Assembly (NCBI GenBank): GCA_963845065.1
Contig: CAWJQQ010000005.1
Coordinates: 64,001 to 128,000, forward strand
Source of the DNA: Nitrospirota bacterium
GTDB lineage: Bacteria > Nitrospirota > UBA9217
Length of the DNA: 64,000 bases
Reading direction: 5' to 3'
Below, piece by piece: positions 21,683-32,673 of the stretch. A model generated the notes under the pieces. That model did no database searches, had not been told where the DNA came from, and saw only the letters and a program-made list of their open reading frames with translations. The position numbers and the translations under genes are program-made. The stretch's first letter is position 1; every line of letters starts with the position of its first letter.

Positions 21683-22207
21683 ATGAGAAGGATGGTTATT
21701 GCGGGATTCGTAATTATCTAGTTATTAAGTCTTTTCTTGGTATCAAAAAGCATCGTTTGCTACCAAACAAAGATGGAAGGCAGCAAAAAAGCGCAGATCA
21801 AGAGAGGTCTATATCTTTTGACTGTCGGGGGATGAATGACTTTCAAACCCTTAAGAAAATGACCTAGAACGGGCCTGCACTGGACAAGGCGCGGCTTCTT
21901 TAGGTCATCCGTCCGATTAAAACTACCTGAAATTACGTCTAATATATTCGGTTCGGATAAATGGGGTGCCCTTTTCCCTGATCCGGAAACCGGTACAGGG
22001 ACATGGAACGAAGAGCTGTTCATTAAGACTATACGCACTGACAAGTTTATGGGATCAGGGCGTGACATTTTGCTTCCTATGCCTTGGGATGAATATACCA
22101 AAATTACAGACGCGGATCTCGAAGCGCTCTTTGCTTAACTCAAAAGTCTTAAGCCGGTCAAAAATCATTTTCCTGCTTCCGTTCCTTCCCTACCTCATCA
22201 ACAGTAA
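21683..22207 (+). pseudogene. Degraded c-type cytochrome (c553-like)
   Basis: Translates to KRGLYLLTVGG / NDFQT (eroded CxxCH) ... PDPETGTGTWNEELFIKTIRT..MGSGRDILLPMPW..ITDADLEALFA*LKSLKPVKN, with stops and frameshifts. Confidence 0.8.
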
Positions 22208-22235
22208 ACCGGTAATAAGTCATGTCAAAAAAAAT

Positions 22236-22282
22236 AAGGCTCGTCTGGTGATTCAATGACGGGCTTCTTAATTTCATTTTTT
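22236..22282 (+). terminator. Possible intrinsic terminator after the cytochrome relic
   Basis: GCTCGTC...GACGGGC stem followed by a T-rich tract. Confidence 0.35.
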
Positions 22283-22686
22283 TGAGAGTTGACTTAAACT
22301 TTATCCACTTTATCCTTTACACCGCACGGGCAAATGCAGTCCCCAAAGCCAAAATCGGTCATTGCACTTATTATCAGTCACTTCCTAACTCGATTAACTT
22401 CATTGAATAATATAGCTCGGCAAATCAAGTCTCCCATCGAAAAGCTCTTTCCGAGCAGATATCTTTAACTCAACCATAAGCTGATGTCTCAGTAATTTCC
22501 TCGCGGTCAGGATGTCTGAACACAGTGCCCAGTTTAGTTACACATGACATCTTCATATGCTTAGGGCTTGGTCATATCGCAGCCGGAAAAAGAAGTAAAA
22601 AATGCTCATTCCGAGATTCCAAAGAAAGACCGGCTCGGTATTCAAACAGTCAAAAGCCAGACGCTTTCGCTACATCCATATACTCG

Positions 22687-22944
22687 TCATTGAAAAAGTA
22701 ATATCTGGTTTTCCAATAACGCCTGTATTCTCCATGCATCGCGTAATTGTGGCGCCTCAATGAGCGCTTTTGCTTGAGACATATCCTTTACTTCCCACAA
22801 AAAAGTATGACTTTATTACGATCACTAGCACCTCGTATATTTGTCTGTAATGCCCGCCTCAACGTGATTGTTCTGGCGACAATCATAAATTTCCCGCCAC
22901 TTCGCAAAATCTTTGATTCTCACTTTAAAAAGGATATATGTCAT
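22687..22944 (-). pseudogene. Small ferredoxin-fold 'cyclase'/ABM-like protein, frameshifted
   Basis: AAAGGAGA RBS; MTYILFKVRIKDFAKWREIYD ... AKALIEAPQLRDA / TGVIGKPDITF spread over shifted frames. Confidence 0.6.
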
Positions 22945-23188
22945 TTTTGTTCTCCTTTCTTGCTGGCCTTGCATAATTCTCTACATCGAACCATTACTTT
23001 ACATTTTCTGTGTGTAATTTAATTTAGCGCAAGTAGCACTAGGCCGTCTGTCACCTGCCGAATTCAATGTGTCTCGGATGAAAGATAGTAAAAAGAGCTT
23101 ACTTTAAACCTGCCCCCATCCAATAAACTTCAATAATTCGATACAATTAATACCATATGCAAAAGTAGTCAAAGTTTCAACGACAACG

Positions 23189-23890
23189 TCATCTGTTAGT
23201 TTCGATATAAGATATTCCGTCTTTCGGTATAACATACGCCTTGCCTAGACTCTCGTCATAGAAAAAAAAGTAGTTACTGTTTGCTTCGAGAATAATGCAG
23301 TTGTTCGGATTTATGCTGACATCTCTGACGAAATGAACCTGATAATTTTTTAAGCTATGCCTGGGTTCATGCAATACGTAATCTCGGTTATAGACAACCG
23401 TAGAGATTATCAATAACACATATAGGATAAACGCCGTAAAATAAAAGTAGCGCGAATAGGAATCATGGTTCCCTTTGAAGACTTTTTTGAAGAGGACGTA
23501 GTCGCCACCGGCATACATCGCAAATGACAGCAAAAAATACCCCGAGGGCTCTCTGAACTTGACTAGCATGATCATTCCTACCACAATCATGACAACGGGA
23601 ATGCAGTACAGCAATACGGTCACAAGCCTGTTATTTTGGAATTTCTTCCTATCGTACATAATATATCGAGCCAAGTAACTGCTCATAATGGCAAACAGAA
23701 TAGCAACGATGATGAGATATACTTTCTCGATGCTGGAGGCGAGGTAGTCTTGTAGGGTAAAAAACTGTTCCACTTTAATATTGAACAATCTAAAGAAGAA
23801 AAAATTGTAAATAAAGCCAGTAAAAATAAATATCGCGGCAAAGGCCAAGTAGAATACTTGCAAATCACTTATTTTGAGAAATCCTCTCAT
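23189..23890 (-). CDS. Hypothetical multi-pass membrane protein
   Basis: About five hydrophobic segments; likely start MRGFLK at 23890. Confidence 0.65.
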   Translation of the reverse strand: MRGFLKISDLQVFYLAFAAIFIFTGFIYNFFFFRLFNIKVEQFFTLQDYLASSIEKVYLIIVAILFAIMSSYLARYIMYDRKKFQNNRLVTVLLYCIPVVMIVVGMIMLVKFREPSGYFLLSFAMYAGGDYVLFKKVFKGNHDSYSRYFYFTAFILYVLLIISTVVYNRDYVLHEPRHSLKNYQVHFVRDVSINPNNCIILEANSNYFFFYDESLGKAYVIPKDGISYIETNR

Positions 23891-23989
23891 TTTTGTTTTT
23901 CCATCCGTTGTTGACACTGTAACCTGCCTTCCTTCACAGCCATCTCTTAAGTAAAACGTTAACATCAGCTTTCCAAATAATTCACGTTC

Positions 23990-24450
23990 CTCAAGAGGCA
24001 ACTCTATGCTATCTCAGTTCCCTGCTTGAGCTTGCTGTTGATATGGATTTTCCCCTGATACCCTTCGATGACCTTTTCAGCAATGGTTATGCCGAGCCCC
24101 GTACCATCGCGCTTTTTCGTATAAAAAGGGACTATAACATTCTCAGGAGTTTTCTTCTCCATCCATGAACCTTATATCTGCAATAATGATAATTGTCATG
24201 GTTTTGTCCACCACCAGGAGCATTGAAACTTTCTGATTTTGACCCGAATCTTCAATGGCATTCGCGATGAGACTGACGAGAGCCCTCTCTAGGTGAAAAC
24301 TGTCGAAACTCATATATGTCGGCATAAAGAGCAGGTCGACAGAGTGGAGCATTTACCGCTGTTTCGCTTTTATCTTGCATGGCTCGACCGCTTACTTAAC
24401 AATATCTCCCACCTGAGATCAACCTCCCCCAGGTACAACTGAAGCGGCTT
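23990..24450 (-). pseudogene. Histidine kinase HATPase remnant
   Basis: LERALVSLIANAIE (N box), then PFYTKKRDGTGLGITIAEKVIEGYQGKIHINS (F/G2 boxes) after a stop. Confidence 0.75.
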
Positions 24451-24724
24451 AGAAAAAATTAAGTACACTCGTTAGGTCCGAGATACCGTACAATTCCCGT
24501 AAAATGTTATGCAGCGTATGGACCGGTGATATCACAGAATACTGTAAATACGTGATGCATCCAACAAAAACGATAATAAAATCAACGAGGATTTTTTAGC
24601 ATACATGACCATTCACCTCCAAGGAGGATGTGCCGATGGCCAGAACGGTACATTTCGAGGAGGAGGTGTGGATGCGGGATCTCTTCGGCTATTCACCAAG
24701 TTTGACCCCTGCATCGGAATGACC

Positions 24725-25342
24725 TTATATCGCCCTCGGCCCGGCACATGCCGAGGCTTCCGAGGGACCGGAAAACATGCCCTCCAGTTTAACAAGTGCG
24801 CACCAGAGTACATTCTGAAGATCCTCGTTCGTCTTGTTCCCCAAATATGTTTTCGCCAACGTCTCCCGTATGGTAAGCATCAACGGGTCTTTTTTGAGGA
24901 ACGATAGAAACGTCCGAAGACGTCCTTCGCCACCGCCGAGCTTTGATGCCGCGTACGGTTTCTCAATTGTTTTATAATGATCCTGCAGATAGATCAGAAA
25001 CCATAGCTGTGTCATATCATAAAAAAATTCAAGTGTCGGATAGTAGCCGTACCGTTGCCTGATATGCGCCTCAACAGATAAGCGGTTTTCGGGGATGGTG
25101 GGAAATACGGCGATGAGTAGCCCTTCCGCAAAGTCTTCGTAGAAAAACGGTAAATCTGCGAACTGTCGATTCCCGCAGTGGGGGCAGGTAATCATATTGA
25201 ACTCCCAGTTCTGCAGGAGCGTTTTTACGACAGGTGTTCGCGAAACATCGACCCACGTAGCGATCCGGGCCTTAAAGCTATGCTTACAAGAGTCGCAATA
25301 AAGCAATTCATCCCTGTGAGCTCCAGCCTGAGGTGTCAGCAT
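24725..25342 (-). CDS. CpXC-domain (zinc-ribbon) protein
   Basis: CDSC...CPHCG, PFFYED; AGGAG RBS. Confidence 0.75.
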   Translation of the reverse strand: MLTPQAGAHRDELLYCDSCKHSFKARIATWVDVSRTPVVKTLLQNWEFNMITCPHCGNRQFADLPFFYEDFAEGLLIAVFPTIPENRLSVEAHIRQRYGYYPTLEFFYDMTQLWFLIYLQDHYKTIEKPYAASKLGGGEGRLRTFLSFLKKDPLMLTIRETLAKTYLGNKTNEDLQNVLWCALVKLEGMFSGPSEASACAGPRAI

Positions 25343-25546
25343 ATGTTCACTCCTATGAATGTGTATCGACTAAAGGCCAAAGACAGCGCACAGCAGCACG
25401 AACCATGACGCCCTCTCCCTCGCGAGGATCATGATGCATGCTCGGTCTTGGAATGTCTATTTCCTGTCGAGACTGATCCGCGAGATTGAGTGCTATCCTG
25501 ATGACGCTGTCTATCCTGGATACATGAATCCGAAATCGAGGAGTGG

Positions 25547-25822
25547 TTATACCGGTGGAGCGCGGGTTTCAGCAGTGGAGAGAAGAACGTTGGGCAGAGT
25601 CCACGAAATATCGAGCTTCGATACTGTTCTTATCCAGCCGACATTACAGTCAAAATCAACTGCACTGTTAAACGAGGTATAGAGCTGGTCATAGGCCCTG
25701 TAAATAGGGGAGTCCTTGGGCAGTGTCTCATCTTCAACGGCGTAGAAGGCGGGTATAATCGCGACGATGAAAAGTATCGTTACAAAAAGAAGCGCAATTC
25801 TTTTTTGCGTAATTCTTCTCAT
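25547..25822 (-). CDS. Small membrane-targeted protein ending in RAPP (candidate arrest peptide, DUF2946-like)
   Basis: N-terminal hydrophobic helix; C-terminus ETRAPPV-stop. Confidence 0.65.
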   Translation of the reverse strand: MRRITQKRIALLFVTILFIVAIIPAFYAVEDETLPKDSPIYRAYDQLYTSFNSAVDFDCNVGWIRTVSKLDISWTLPNVLLSTAETRAPPV

Positions 25823-26488
25823 GTTAAAATTATACTTAGGTAGAATATCATAGTCAAGAGCCTATTCTCTTCTGTCTTCGTTGCGCAATGTAGTAACTGG
25901 CCGTAAATGTGCTTAAAGTATTTGCTTTCAACCTGATCAATGGCTACTGGAATGGCCAGCCGGGCCTTTTCTACATATGCCTTGCTAAAACCTTTCCACA
26001 TGGTTTTCTGGACGGTGGTCAGGATGGATAATATCTCTTTACTCGTTCTCATGCTAATTAGCGGCTCCGGCAGGAATATGGCATTAAGAAAAAGCATTGG
26101 CCGCAGCCAGAAACTTCTTCTGGATGACAACAACGTCATGGTGTTTACCGGCGGGCAAAACATCCTGATTCAGTATTGTTTTCACGGCAGGAATCGAGCG
26201 GCCCTGTACGTTTGTAATCCCTTACCGTAAGCCTTGCCATTAGGTACGCTGGTGTTGCTCTATTACAGACAAGCGGGTTCTTAGGCTGGAGTTGCTGTTA
26301 TGATATGGATGTTGGAAATTCATGCAATATATTATGCTATACTTTTGTTCAGTTTGTCAAATATTGGGGGAAATTTAAAGCCAGCCAATTCATCCCACAA
26401 CCAATACGTCGTTTGGATGGGGTGTTCTTCGTGAGGGCGATAATATTTGGTTTTAAATAGGTTAAAACTGCTAAATTCTGACAATGAA

Positions 26489-26610
26489 CCTCCACGCTGC
26501 AAGCTGCGTGGTCTTTATAAATAGAAAGACGATTATCATTTGAGAAACCTGCGGTTTCTCAAACTCTTCCCTCTATGCGGTGACCCCGTAGCAAGCTACA
26601 GGGAATTGCA
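26489..26610. repeat. IS200/IS605-like palindromic mini-element (three hairpins)
   Basis: CCACGCTGC-AA-GCTGCGTGG (26492-26511), TTTGAGAAACC-TGC-GGTTTCTCAAA (26539-26563), CCCCGTAGC-AA-GCTACAGGG (26584-26603). Confidence 0.6.
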
Positions 26611-26750
26611 AGTTAAATTGTCGAAAAACTATTCTCGTTTGCCCGCTATCATTCCGCGAATGTGGCAATAAAAGGTTTTCATAATTTTGCTAGATACCCA
26701 GCTTCACTGGCATTATGAATTATTATGCCACAAGAAACTTTTCAACATCC

Positions 26751-27533
26751 TCATTCCTGAGGCGTGAAGGCGAACAGTATTTCCATCAGCGAGTCCACAG
26801 CCATCCCCAGATTCTTGGAAGCCCGTGCGGCGTTTCTTCCGAGTTTTATGCTGGCCGGGATAAGCTTAGGCTTTGCGAGAAGAAGGCCGAAGGCCCGCAA
26901 AAAATGATACTGGCCTGTTCTGTCTGTTACCGCAAGTAGCTCCGGAGGAATATCTTCATCATGCCGGTCGGTAATCGAGCGTACAGCAAGAAAAGGCACG
27001 CGATTCTGGTGCGACAGCCTTGCGAAATAAAACGTTTCCATGTCGCATACGGGGAAGGGAAGATCGTTGGGAATCCTCTTTCTTATGTTCGATTTTGGCA
27101 TCATTTCCGAGAGGGTAACGATGCGTCCCTCCTTTGCGGCGGTCCTCTCGCGGAGCTTTTCTCCTATTTGTCTAATGAAGGCGGAATCAGGGACGTCGTC
27201 TTCCGAAAGATATTCATTCTGCCCCATCGTGTCTCCCCTGATGAGGAAGGAGTGGAAAGACCAGACGATATCCCCGATTTCGGCGTCCTCGTACAGGGCG
27301 CCGCCAAACCCGACTGACAGAACAATGTCGGGACTGCAATCCTGGAGCACACACCGAAATGCGGATTCCGCATTGGCAGCGCCCACGCCGGTTTGTACTG
27401 TGATAACGTCACACGGTGGATGCTGCTTTCCTTGCAAGAGGAAAGGGCGGCGCTCCGAAGTTTGCTCGGACGGACGGTTTTTACGTATGTGCTTTAATTC
27501 CTGCGGAAAGGCTGCAAAGAGTGCCACGATCAT
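26751..27533 (-). CDS. hpnG: Nucleoside phosphorylase/MTA-SAH nucleosidase family, HpnG-like
   Basis: TGVGAANA, SVGFGGAL, CDMET, AVRSITD; neighbours a hopanoid cluster. Confidence 0.7.
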   Translation of the reverse strand: MIVALFAAFPQELKHIRKNRPSEQTSERRPFLLQGKQHPPCDVITVQTGVGAANAESAFRCVLQDCSPDIVLSVGFGGALYEDAEIGDIVWSFHSFLIRGDTMGQNEYLSEDDVPDSAFIRQIGEKLRERTAAKEGRIVTLSEMMPKSNIRKRIPNDLPFPVCDMETFYFARLSHQNRVPFLAVRSITDRHDEDIPPELLAVTDRTGQYHFLRAFGLLLAKPKLIPASIKLGRNAARASKNLGMAVDSLMEILFAFTPQE

Positions 27534-27685
27534 TTGGAGAAGGTGTACTGCCTTTCTTTGAGGACCGACTGCGCGGCCTGATATATCCCTCTCTTAATCG
27601 AGAGGGTACTTCTTTCTCAACTCGTCTTACCTGTCTTGTTCGACGATGCATCGGAGATACCGCATCGCCTAACGCCTGTGGATGG

Positions 27686-29230
27686 CTACTTTAATTCGTT
27701 CTCAGAAAGAGGTGTCCATTTCTTATCTCTATATAAATAATAATAACTGCCTCTTTTAAAGACTATATTCCCAAAATTTTCTGCGACAAAATCAGTTTGC
27801 GGAATGTTATCTATAAAATTATTGGTCCAATACCGAGCTGAAGTAAAGGGGCTTTGCTTCGTGAATGCCGCCAGCATATAGGAGAGGGCAAAATAACTCA
27901 TCGGTCTGGAAATAATTACTTGCCGACCTGTTTGATCAGCACTTTGCATCTTTCCAATAAATTTTATTCCCACAGGAACAGTTGCTATGCGAGGAAGTGG
28001 GATATCTCTGAGTCCTGGCGGTCCGATAGCACTGCCATGAGCCGACCTCCCATGTTCTCCAATAAAGATAATTATTGTCTCTCGTCCTGATTCTGCAACA
28101 TGGTTGAAGAACTTTGTCATATCATCTAGTAAGTCATGCACAGATTCCTTGTATTGCTGTAAGTTGTCTTTAGCCCACCAATATTTATCAGCTACCTTAT
28201 GAGTGCCATCATGCAAGCTAACGGTGTTATAATAGAGAGTAACTTTTTTTGATCGTGATTTTTGTCTTGCCGCCAACCAATGCTCAAGCACAGAATAGTC
28301 GTCATACACGGGAGAATCATCAAACATAGATGACTTGGCAGTAAGATTGGTTAGTAGAAATGGGCTCGCATCAAGATGCCCAAAGCGTTTGACCTCTTCG
28401 TCAAATTTATCATAAATTCCATTATGGTTACGCGCGAACTGAATATCATATCCTTGAGCACTAAGACTTTCGACCAAAGAACATTCCCTTGGTATTTCGT
28501 TATAAAGGTCGTCATACCTGCGTTGCCCGCAATTTGCATTCAACAGTCTTATAACAGCTGGATTACTATAGGTGGTAGCAGAATTAAAATTGGTGAGCAG
28601 GTAATCAAATTGCTTGAAAAATTGATCCTCTTCCATGTTTAAATCTCGGAGGTCATCCCAGGACAGTGAACAGACATGCAGAATGATGATATCAAAATCA
28701 GAATTATCTCTTTTGGGCGGTTTAAAATGAATGAGCCTTGTTGCTTCCACGTTATAAAAAGACCTTAAATTTTTTTCCAGTTCTGCGATGGACTGATAGT
28801 TCACGTTACCCGACGAAATAAACAATGGAAAAATGAGAAGTAAGACCGTTCCTGCGGCCATGATCTTTGAATATTTGCGAAGCAAGATGCATATGGATAG
28901 GATAATTGTTAGGATGCCAAATTCTTTTGGGTTATAGAACCCTAAGAGGTAATGATACACATACTGCTGAGAAGGCATCCCGTGTTGTTCAACAAGATTC
29001 AGGTCACCTAACGGCCCCGGCAGCAAGGAATCGTGGCAGAGAAGGAGTACGCTAAAGATCGCGCTTAGAATAAATTTAACAATTGTAAAGGACTTAAAGA
29101 ATTTGAACCGCTTTGGTATTGAAATCATGAGAAATGACATGAAAAGGAGGTTCAATAAAACATCTAGGCGGAGAATTCCTTTGTAATATAAATATATTTT
29201 TGCAAAAAAATAAAAAATCCAAAATTCCAT
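27686..29230 (-). CDS. bcsG: BcsG-family phosphoethanolamine transferase
   Basis: W..YFFAK N-terminus, FDIIILHVCSLSWDDL, FNSATTYS.PA.IRLL.A.CGQ, YYNTVSLHDG, GEHG, GLRDIP. Confidence 0.9.
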   Translation of the reverse strand: MEFWIFYFFAKIYLYYKGILRLDVLLNLLFMSFLMISIPKRFKFFKSFTIVKFILSAIFSVLLLCHDSLLPGPLGDLNLVEQHGMPSQQYVYHYLLGFYNPKEFGILTIILSICILLRKYSKIMAAGTVLLLIFPLFISSGNVNYQSIAELEKNLRSFYNVEATRLIHFKPPKRDNSDFDIIILHVCSLSWDDLRDLNMEEDQFFKQFDYLLTNFNSATTYSNPAVIRLLNANCGQRRYDDLYNEIPRECSLVESLSAQGYDIQFARNHNGIYDKFDEEVKRFGHLDASPFLLTNLTAKSSMFDDSPVYDDYSVLEHWLAARQKSRSKKVTLYYNTVSLHDGTHKVADKYWWAKDNLQQYKESVHDLLDDMTKFFNHVAESGRETIIIFIGEHGRSAHGSAIGPPGLRDIPLPRIATVPVGIKFIGKMQSADQTGRQVIISRPMSYFALSYMLAAFTKQSPFTSARYWTNNFIDNIPQTDFVAENFGNIVFKRGSYYYLYRDKKWTPLSENELK

Positions 29231-29689
29231 AGTGATATCTCAGTTTTGAATACTATTCAGTCAGAAATCTAACACATTGTATTCTTACAAGTCAATCCTT
29301 TTAATGGGCGCATGAATCTGACTATTGCATTCTTTGATCCACGTCTAGCACGTCGCCTGCTCTCCATATGACGATGGGTTTCAAGGGGGCTGAACGCCTC
29401 GGTGGTTACTTAGCAAAAGTATTCGTGTACCAGGAAGATCTATAAACGCTTTCTTGATGCTGATATGCTTTCGTACCGCGGCAAAAGTGCGTGCGCTGGA
29501 TCAGTCGACACACTTATATCGAAAGGTCGTCTGCTCCCATCCGGGCTTGCCAGGTATGGCCGACCCATCCTGCCGCGCGAAGAGGCAGGTTAAGGTTTTG
29601 CATCTAGATAATGTTCGATACCTAGATTCTTGAGCTTCCTAGTATGATAGACATGCTCCGCTGAAGAAGCCCAACCACCGTTCGACGAA

Positions 29690-30360
29690 TAAGCGCAACA
29701 GTAGCGAAGCGAGCTATGAAGCACCTCCCACATTTTCGCCACAAAGGCAATGAGAGGGGCATAGGACTTTTGACCTTTCTTCACGGGATTATATCCTTTT
29801 TTCCACTCATTCCTGAGAGCCGCATACCCATCCCCCGTAGAATAAAACGCTCTTAGCTAGATTTCACCGCTGTGGTATTTACCCTGCAGATGACCAAGAG
29901 GATGTTTAGCGCCCTTTTGGAACGCCAAGCATAAGGTTCCCTATAGCAGAGCTACGGATTTTACCTCCGTCATCAATATCACCCCACATGCAACACAGCG
30001 TGCCTTGCAACCGCCGCTCGGAATGACCCACACGTTTCCACCCAGGCCTCAAAATGAATGAACAATAGACGCCAGCTCGGCGATGTTGGCATGGCTGGCG
30101 TGCTCCATAATCCGTCCCAGCGTGGTCTCGAAACTCAAGCCTGTTTATGAAATTCATTACTGGCAATAATCCCGCATGTATCGTAAGGTCCTTGCCTGTC
30201 ATCTCGGTCTTGACTTTTGGCTGTGTTTTCTGCTCTCTTTGTGATATATTCATCACGGAAAAGGTGAACCTCCTTACAGTTAATTTAGTGACTATCTATT
30301 TGGCAATTCTTCCTTTTCCACTTTTTGGTTCGCAATCAAATTATCACGTATTGCAGGATT
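29690..30360 (-). mobile_element. IS1380-family transposase remnant
   Basis: N-terminus KVKTEMTGKDLTIHAGLLPV and internal KKGYNPVKKGQKSYAPLIAFVA; fragmented. Confidence 0.7.
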
Positions 30361-30439
30361 TAAGTTCCATACTCATCTCCTGAGAGTGCAGGTGGACTGC
30401 GGGTCACTGGCAATCTCCGTTGATGTGCCGCGGCGCGGT

Positions 30440-31280
30440 ACGCGCAGCGACATGATCATAATCGACACGATAACGGCAGTCCTTGGGCACACCGGATGGT
30501 TGCTTACCTTACGGATTGTAATATCCATACGATCATCGTCACGGGCCGTCCGGGCGTGAACTGGAAGATATCGAATCTCGAAGAACTTGCGGAATCAGAC
30601 TAGCCTCCCATACTCGCAATCAGTGATAGCGACATGAGAGTGAGCTGATCTTATCTCGGAAGAAGATGATGGAACACTTCAGCGCACGAAACGTCGGGGT
30701 GGTAACATCTCTATTCAAGATTTCAAGCCCCGTGTCGATCGACGCCGCGCTGAAGTCTCTGACGATCGCGCTCGACTTCATTTCGTACATGCTTGTCGCC
30801 CGTCGACTGGACCTCATTACATTCGCATTAGGGGCCTCTTTGGTACGCTCGAAGAAGGCGCTGGAAGAGATCGACGGTTTTGCAGTGATTGGCGACTACC
30901 TTTTAAACGACTACTAACTCGGCAACCGGCTGTGGAAGCGGAGGTATTCGCTCGTCCTTTCCCGGTATGTCTGTGAGAATAATACAGGTCCCATGTGCAT
31001 GTCGTCGATTACTTCAAGCATCAGTTCTGGTAGATGTAGACCTATCGGACATTGAGACCGGTGGGATTTGCGGGTTACGCCATTACGCACTGGTCCCATT
31101 TTTTCTGCTTCTTCTTATCGCGGAAGGTTCGACCGCCCTCTCACTTTTCGAACTAGGATCTGCCGTAATGAAGCGGCCTTGCGTATGTCTTACTCAGAAA
31201 GATCGTCCGCTTATGTCAGTGGCAGAAATGGCTTGTTCTCGGCGCCGGTCAAGGACATCCTCGGCTTCAGTATCTGAGCC
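30440..31280 (+). pseudogene. hpnI: HpnI / ceramide-glucosyltransferase-family (GT21-like) pseudogene
   Basis: GVNWKISNL, ISDSDMRV, NVGVVTSLF, FALGAS, GF..IGDYLLNDY*LGNRLWKR, TYRTLRPVGFAGYAITH, with several stops and frameshifts. Confidence 0.8.
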
Positions 31281-31428
31281 TTGAGCTTCACAAGCCTGTC
31301 ATTCCGCTGGCGGGGCAGCTGGTGGGTATCTTATCCTGAAAGACGAAAAGCTCCAGCAGAGGGAGTAGCCGCATGTAAGGGCTGTAAAGCGTAGCGCCGT
31401 CAAAATCTCCCTTTCCTGCACATAAACT

Positions 31429-32673
31429 ATGCGATTTTCAACTCCGTTGCTGTTGCTGACAATGTCTTTGAATGTTTTTGCCTGCACCACCATGGTGCCC
31501 CACAACCAACTCCCCTTCCCCCTCACCAACGATACCTTCGGCGAACAGGTAAAAGTGGTCACCGTGCCCGTCCCGGTCATCGCGAACAATCCCAACGAGG
31601 GACTCTACTTGGGCGCCCTAGCTGCGTTCCTTTTCCACAACAAGCAGGACGAAGTCAGCACGCTACTGGCCCCGCAGGTGAATTACAATCGGTACGTTGG
31701 CGTCACTAACTCCCTCTACGGCGCTTTCTACCCATCGCCCGTCCAGAACTGGGAGTTCAAAATCTCCAAGTCCGCTCGCGTCGACGAAAACTACAATCTC
31801 ACGTACGTTGACCGGTCGCTATTCGGCGGTAGGGCGGAGGTACGTTCTTATTTCTACATTTTTACCGATGGCTCCGCGCGTTTCTTCGGCTTTGGGCCCG
31901 ACAGCCTCCAGGCGAACCAGTCGAACTTCGGCGACAGGGAGTCGGGCATCACTTTGTCGCTGGCTTACGAGATTACCGGAAATCTTCAGCTGGTGGTAGG
32001 CGACCGTTTCAGGCAGGTAGATATCACTCAGGGAGCAATACCGTCGATCCCTTTCATCCGCGACCAGTTCTCCGGGTCCAAAGTGCCCGGCATCAACGGC
32101 TTTACCATTCACGCGCAGAAGCTCGGTCTTGTCTACAGCACCCTCGACTTCCCCGCCATACCTACCGCCGGGCTTTACGCAGAGGCATCGGTTGAAGAAA
32201 GCGCGGAGGACTTCGGCAGCAGCGCCAGCTTCGTTCATTACCATGCAGAAGTGAAGGGCTACTCACCATCAGCTAACTCGAACTGGATAACGGTTTCCCG
32301 AATCGTCTACAACCGGACTCCTGGCGACGATGTTCCCTTTCTTGAACGAAGCATCCTCGGAGGGGAGACCACCCTGCGCGGATATGGCACCTACCGTTTT
32401 ATCGACTCCACCTCCCTGCTTCTTAACCTCGAAGAGCGAATCAGGGTCTTTCGCTGGACGGTGTTCAACGTTAGAACAGACTGGGAGTTGGCACCGTTCG
32501 TCGACTTCGGCGGGGTCATGGGATCGCTCGGCGCAGCACGATACAGGGATATCAAAATCAATCCCGGCGTTGGCTTCCGCGCCGTGGTCCGCCCCAACAT
32601 CATCGGTAGGGTGGAAATCGGACTTGGTAACGAGGGAGCAGCGGTATTTGTCGGACTCGGCTACCCGTTCTGA
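31429..32673 (+). CDS. Omp85/BamA-TamA-type outer-membrane beta-barrel lacking POTRA domains
   Basis: LGGETTLRGY..YRF (VRGY-like loop), FVDFG, GVGFR, C-terminal GYPF; short N-terminal signal. Confidence 0.85.
   Translation: MRFSTPLLLLTMSLNVFACTTMVPHNQLPFPLTNDTFGEQVKVVTVPVPVIANNPNEGLYLGALAAFLFHNKQDEVSTLLAPQVNYNRYVGVTNSLYGAFYPSPVQNWEFKISKSARVDENYNLTYVDRSLFGGRAEVRSYFYIFTDGSARFFGFGPDSLQANQSNFGDRESGITLSLAYEITGNLQLVVGDRFRQVDITQGAIPSIPFIRDQFSGSKVPGINGFTIHAQKLGLVYSTLDFPAIPTAGLYAEASVEESAEDFGSSASFVHYHAEVKGYSPSANSNWITVSRIVYNRTPGDDVPFLERSILGGETTLRGYGTYRFIDSTSLLLNLEERIRVFRWTVFNVRTDWELAPFVDFGGVMGSLGAARYRDIKINPGVGFRAVVRPNIIGRVEIGLGNEGAAVFVGLGYPF

Noticed and set aside
22320..22370. GGGCAAA...AAAGCC riboswitch-like motif
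   Set aside because: No convincing P2/P3 pairing and no suitable downstream gene.
25819..26230. Overlapping ORFs on both strands, faintly resembling a hydrogenase maturation protease tail
   Set aside because: No diagnostic motif could be confirmed.
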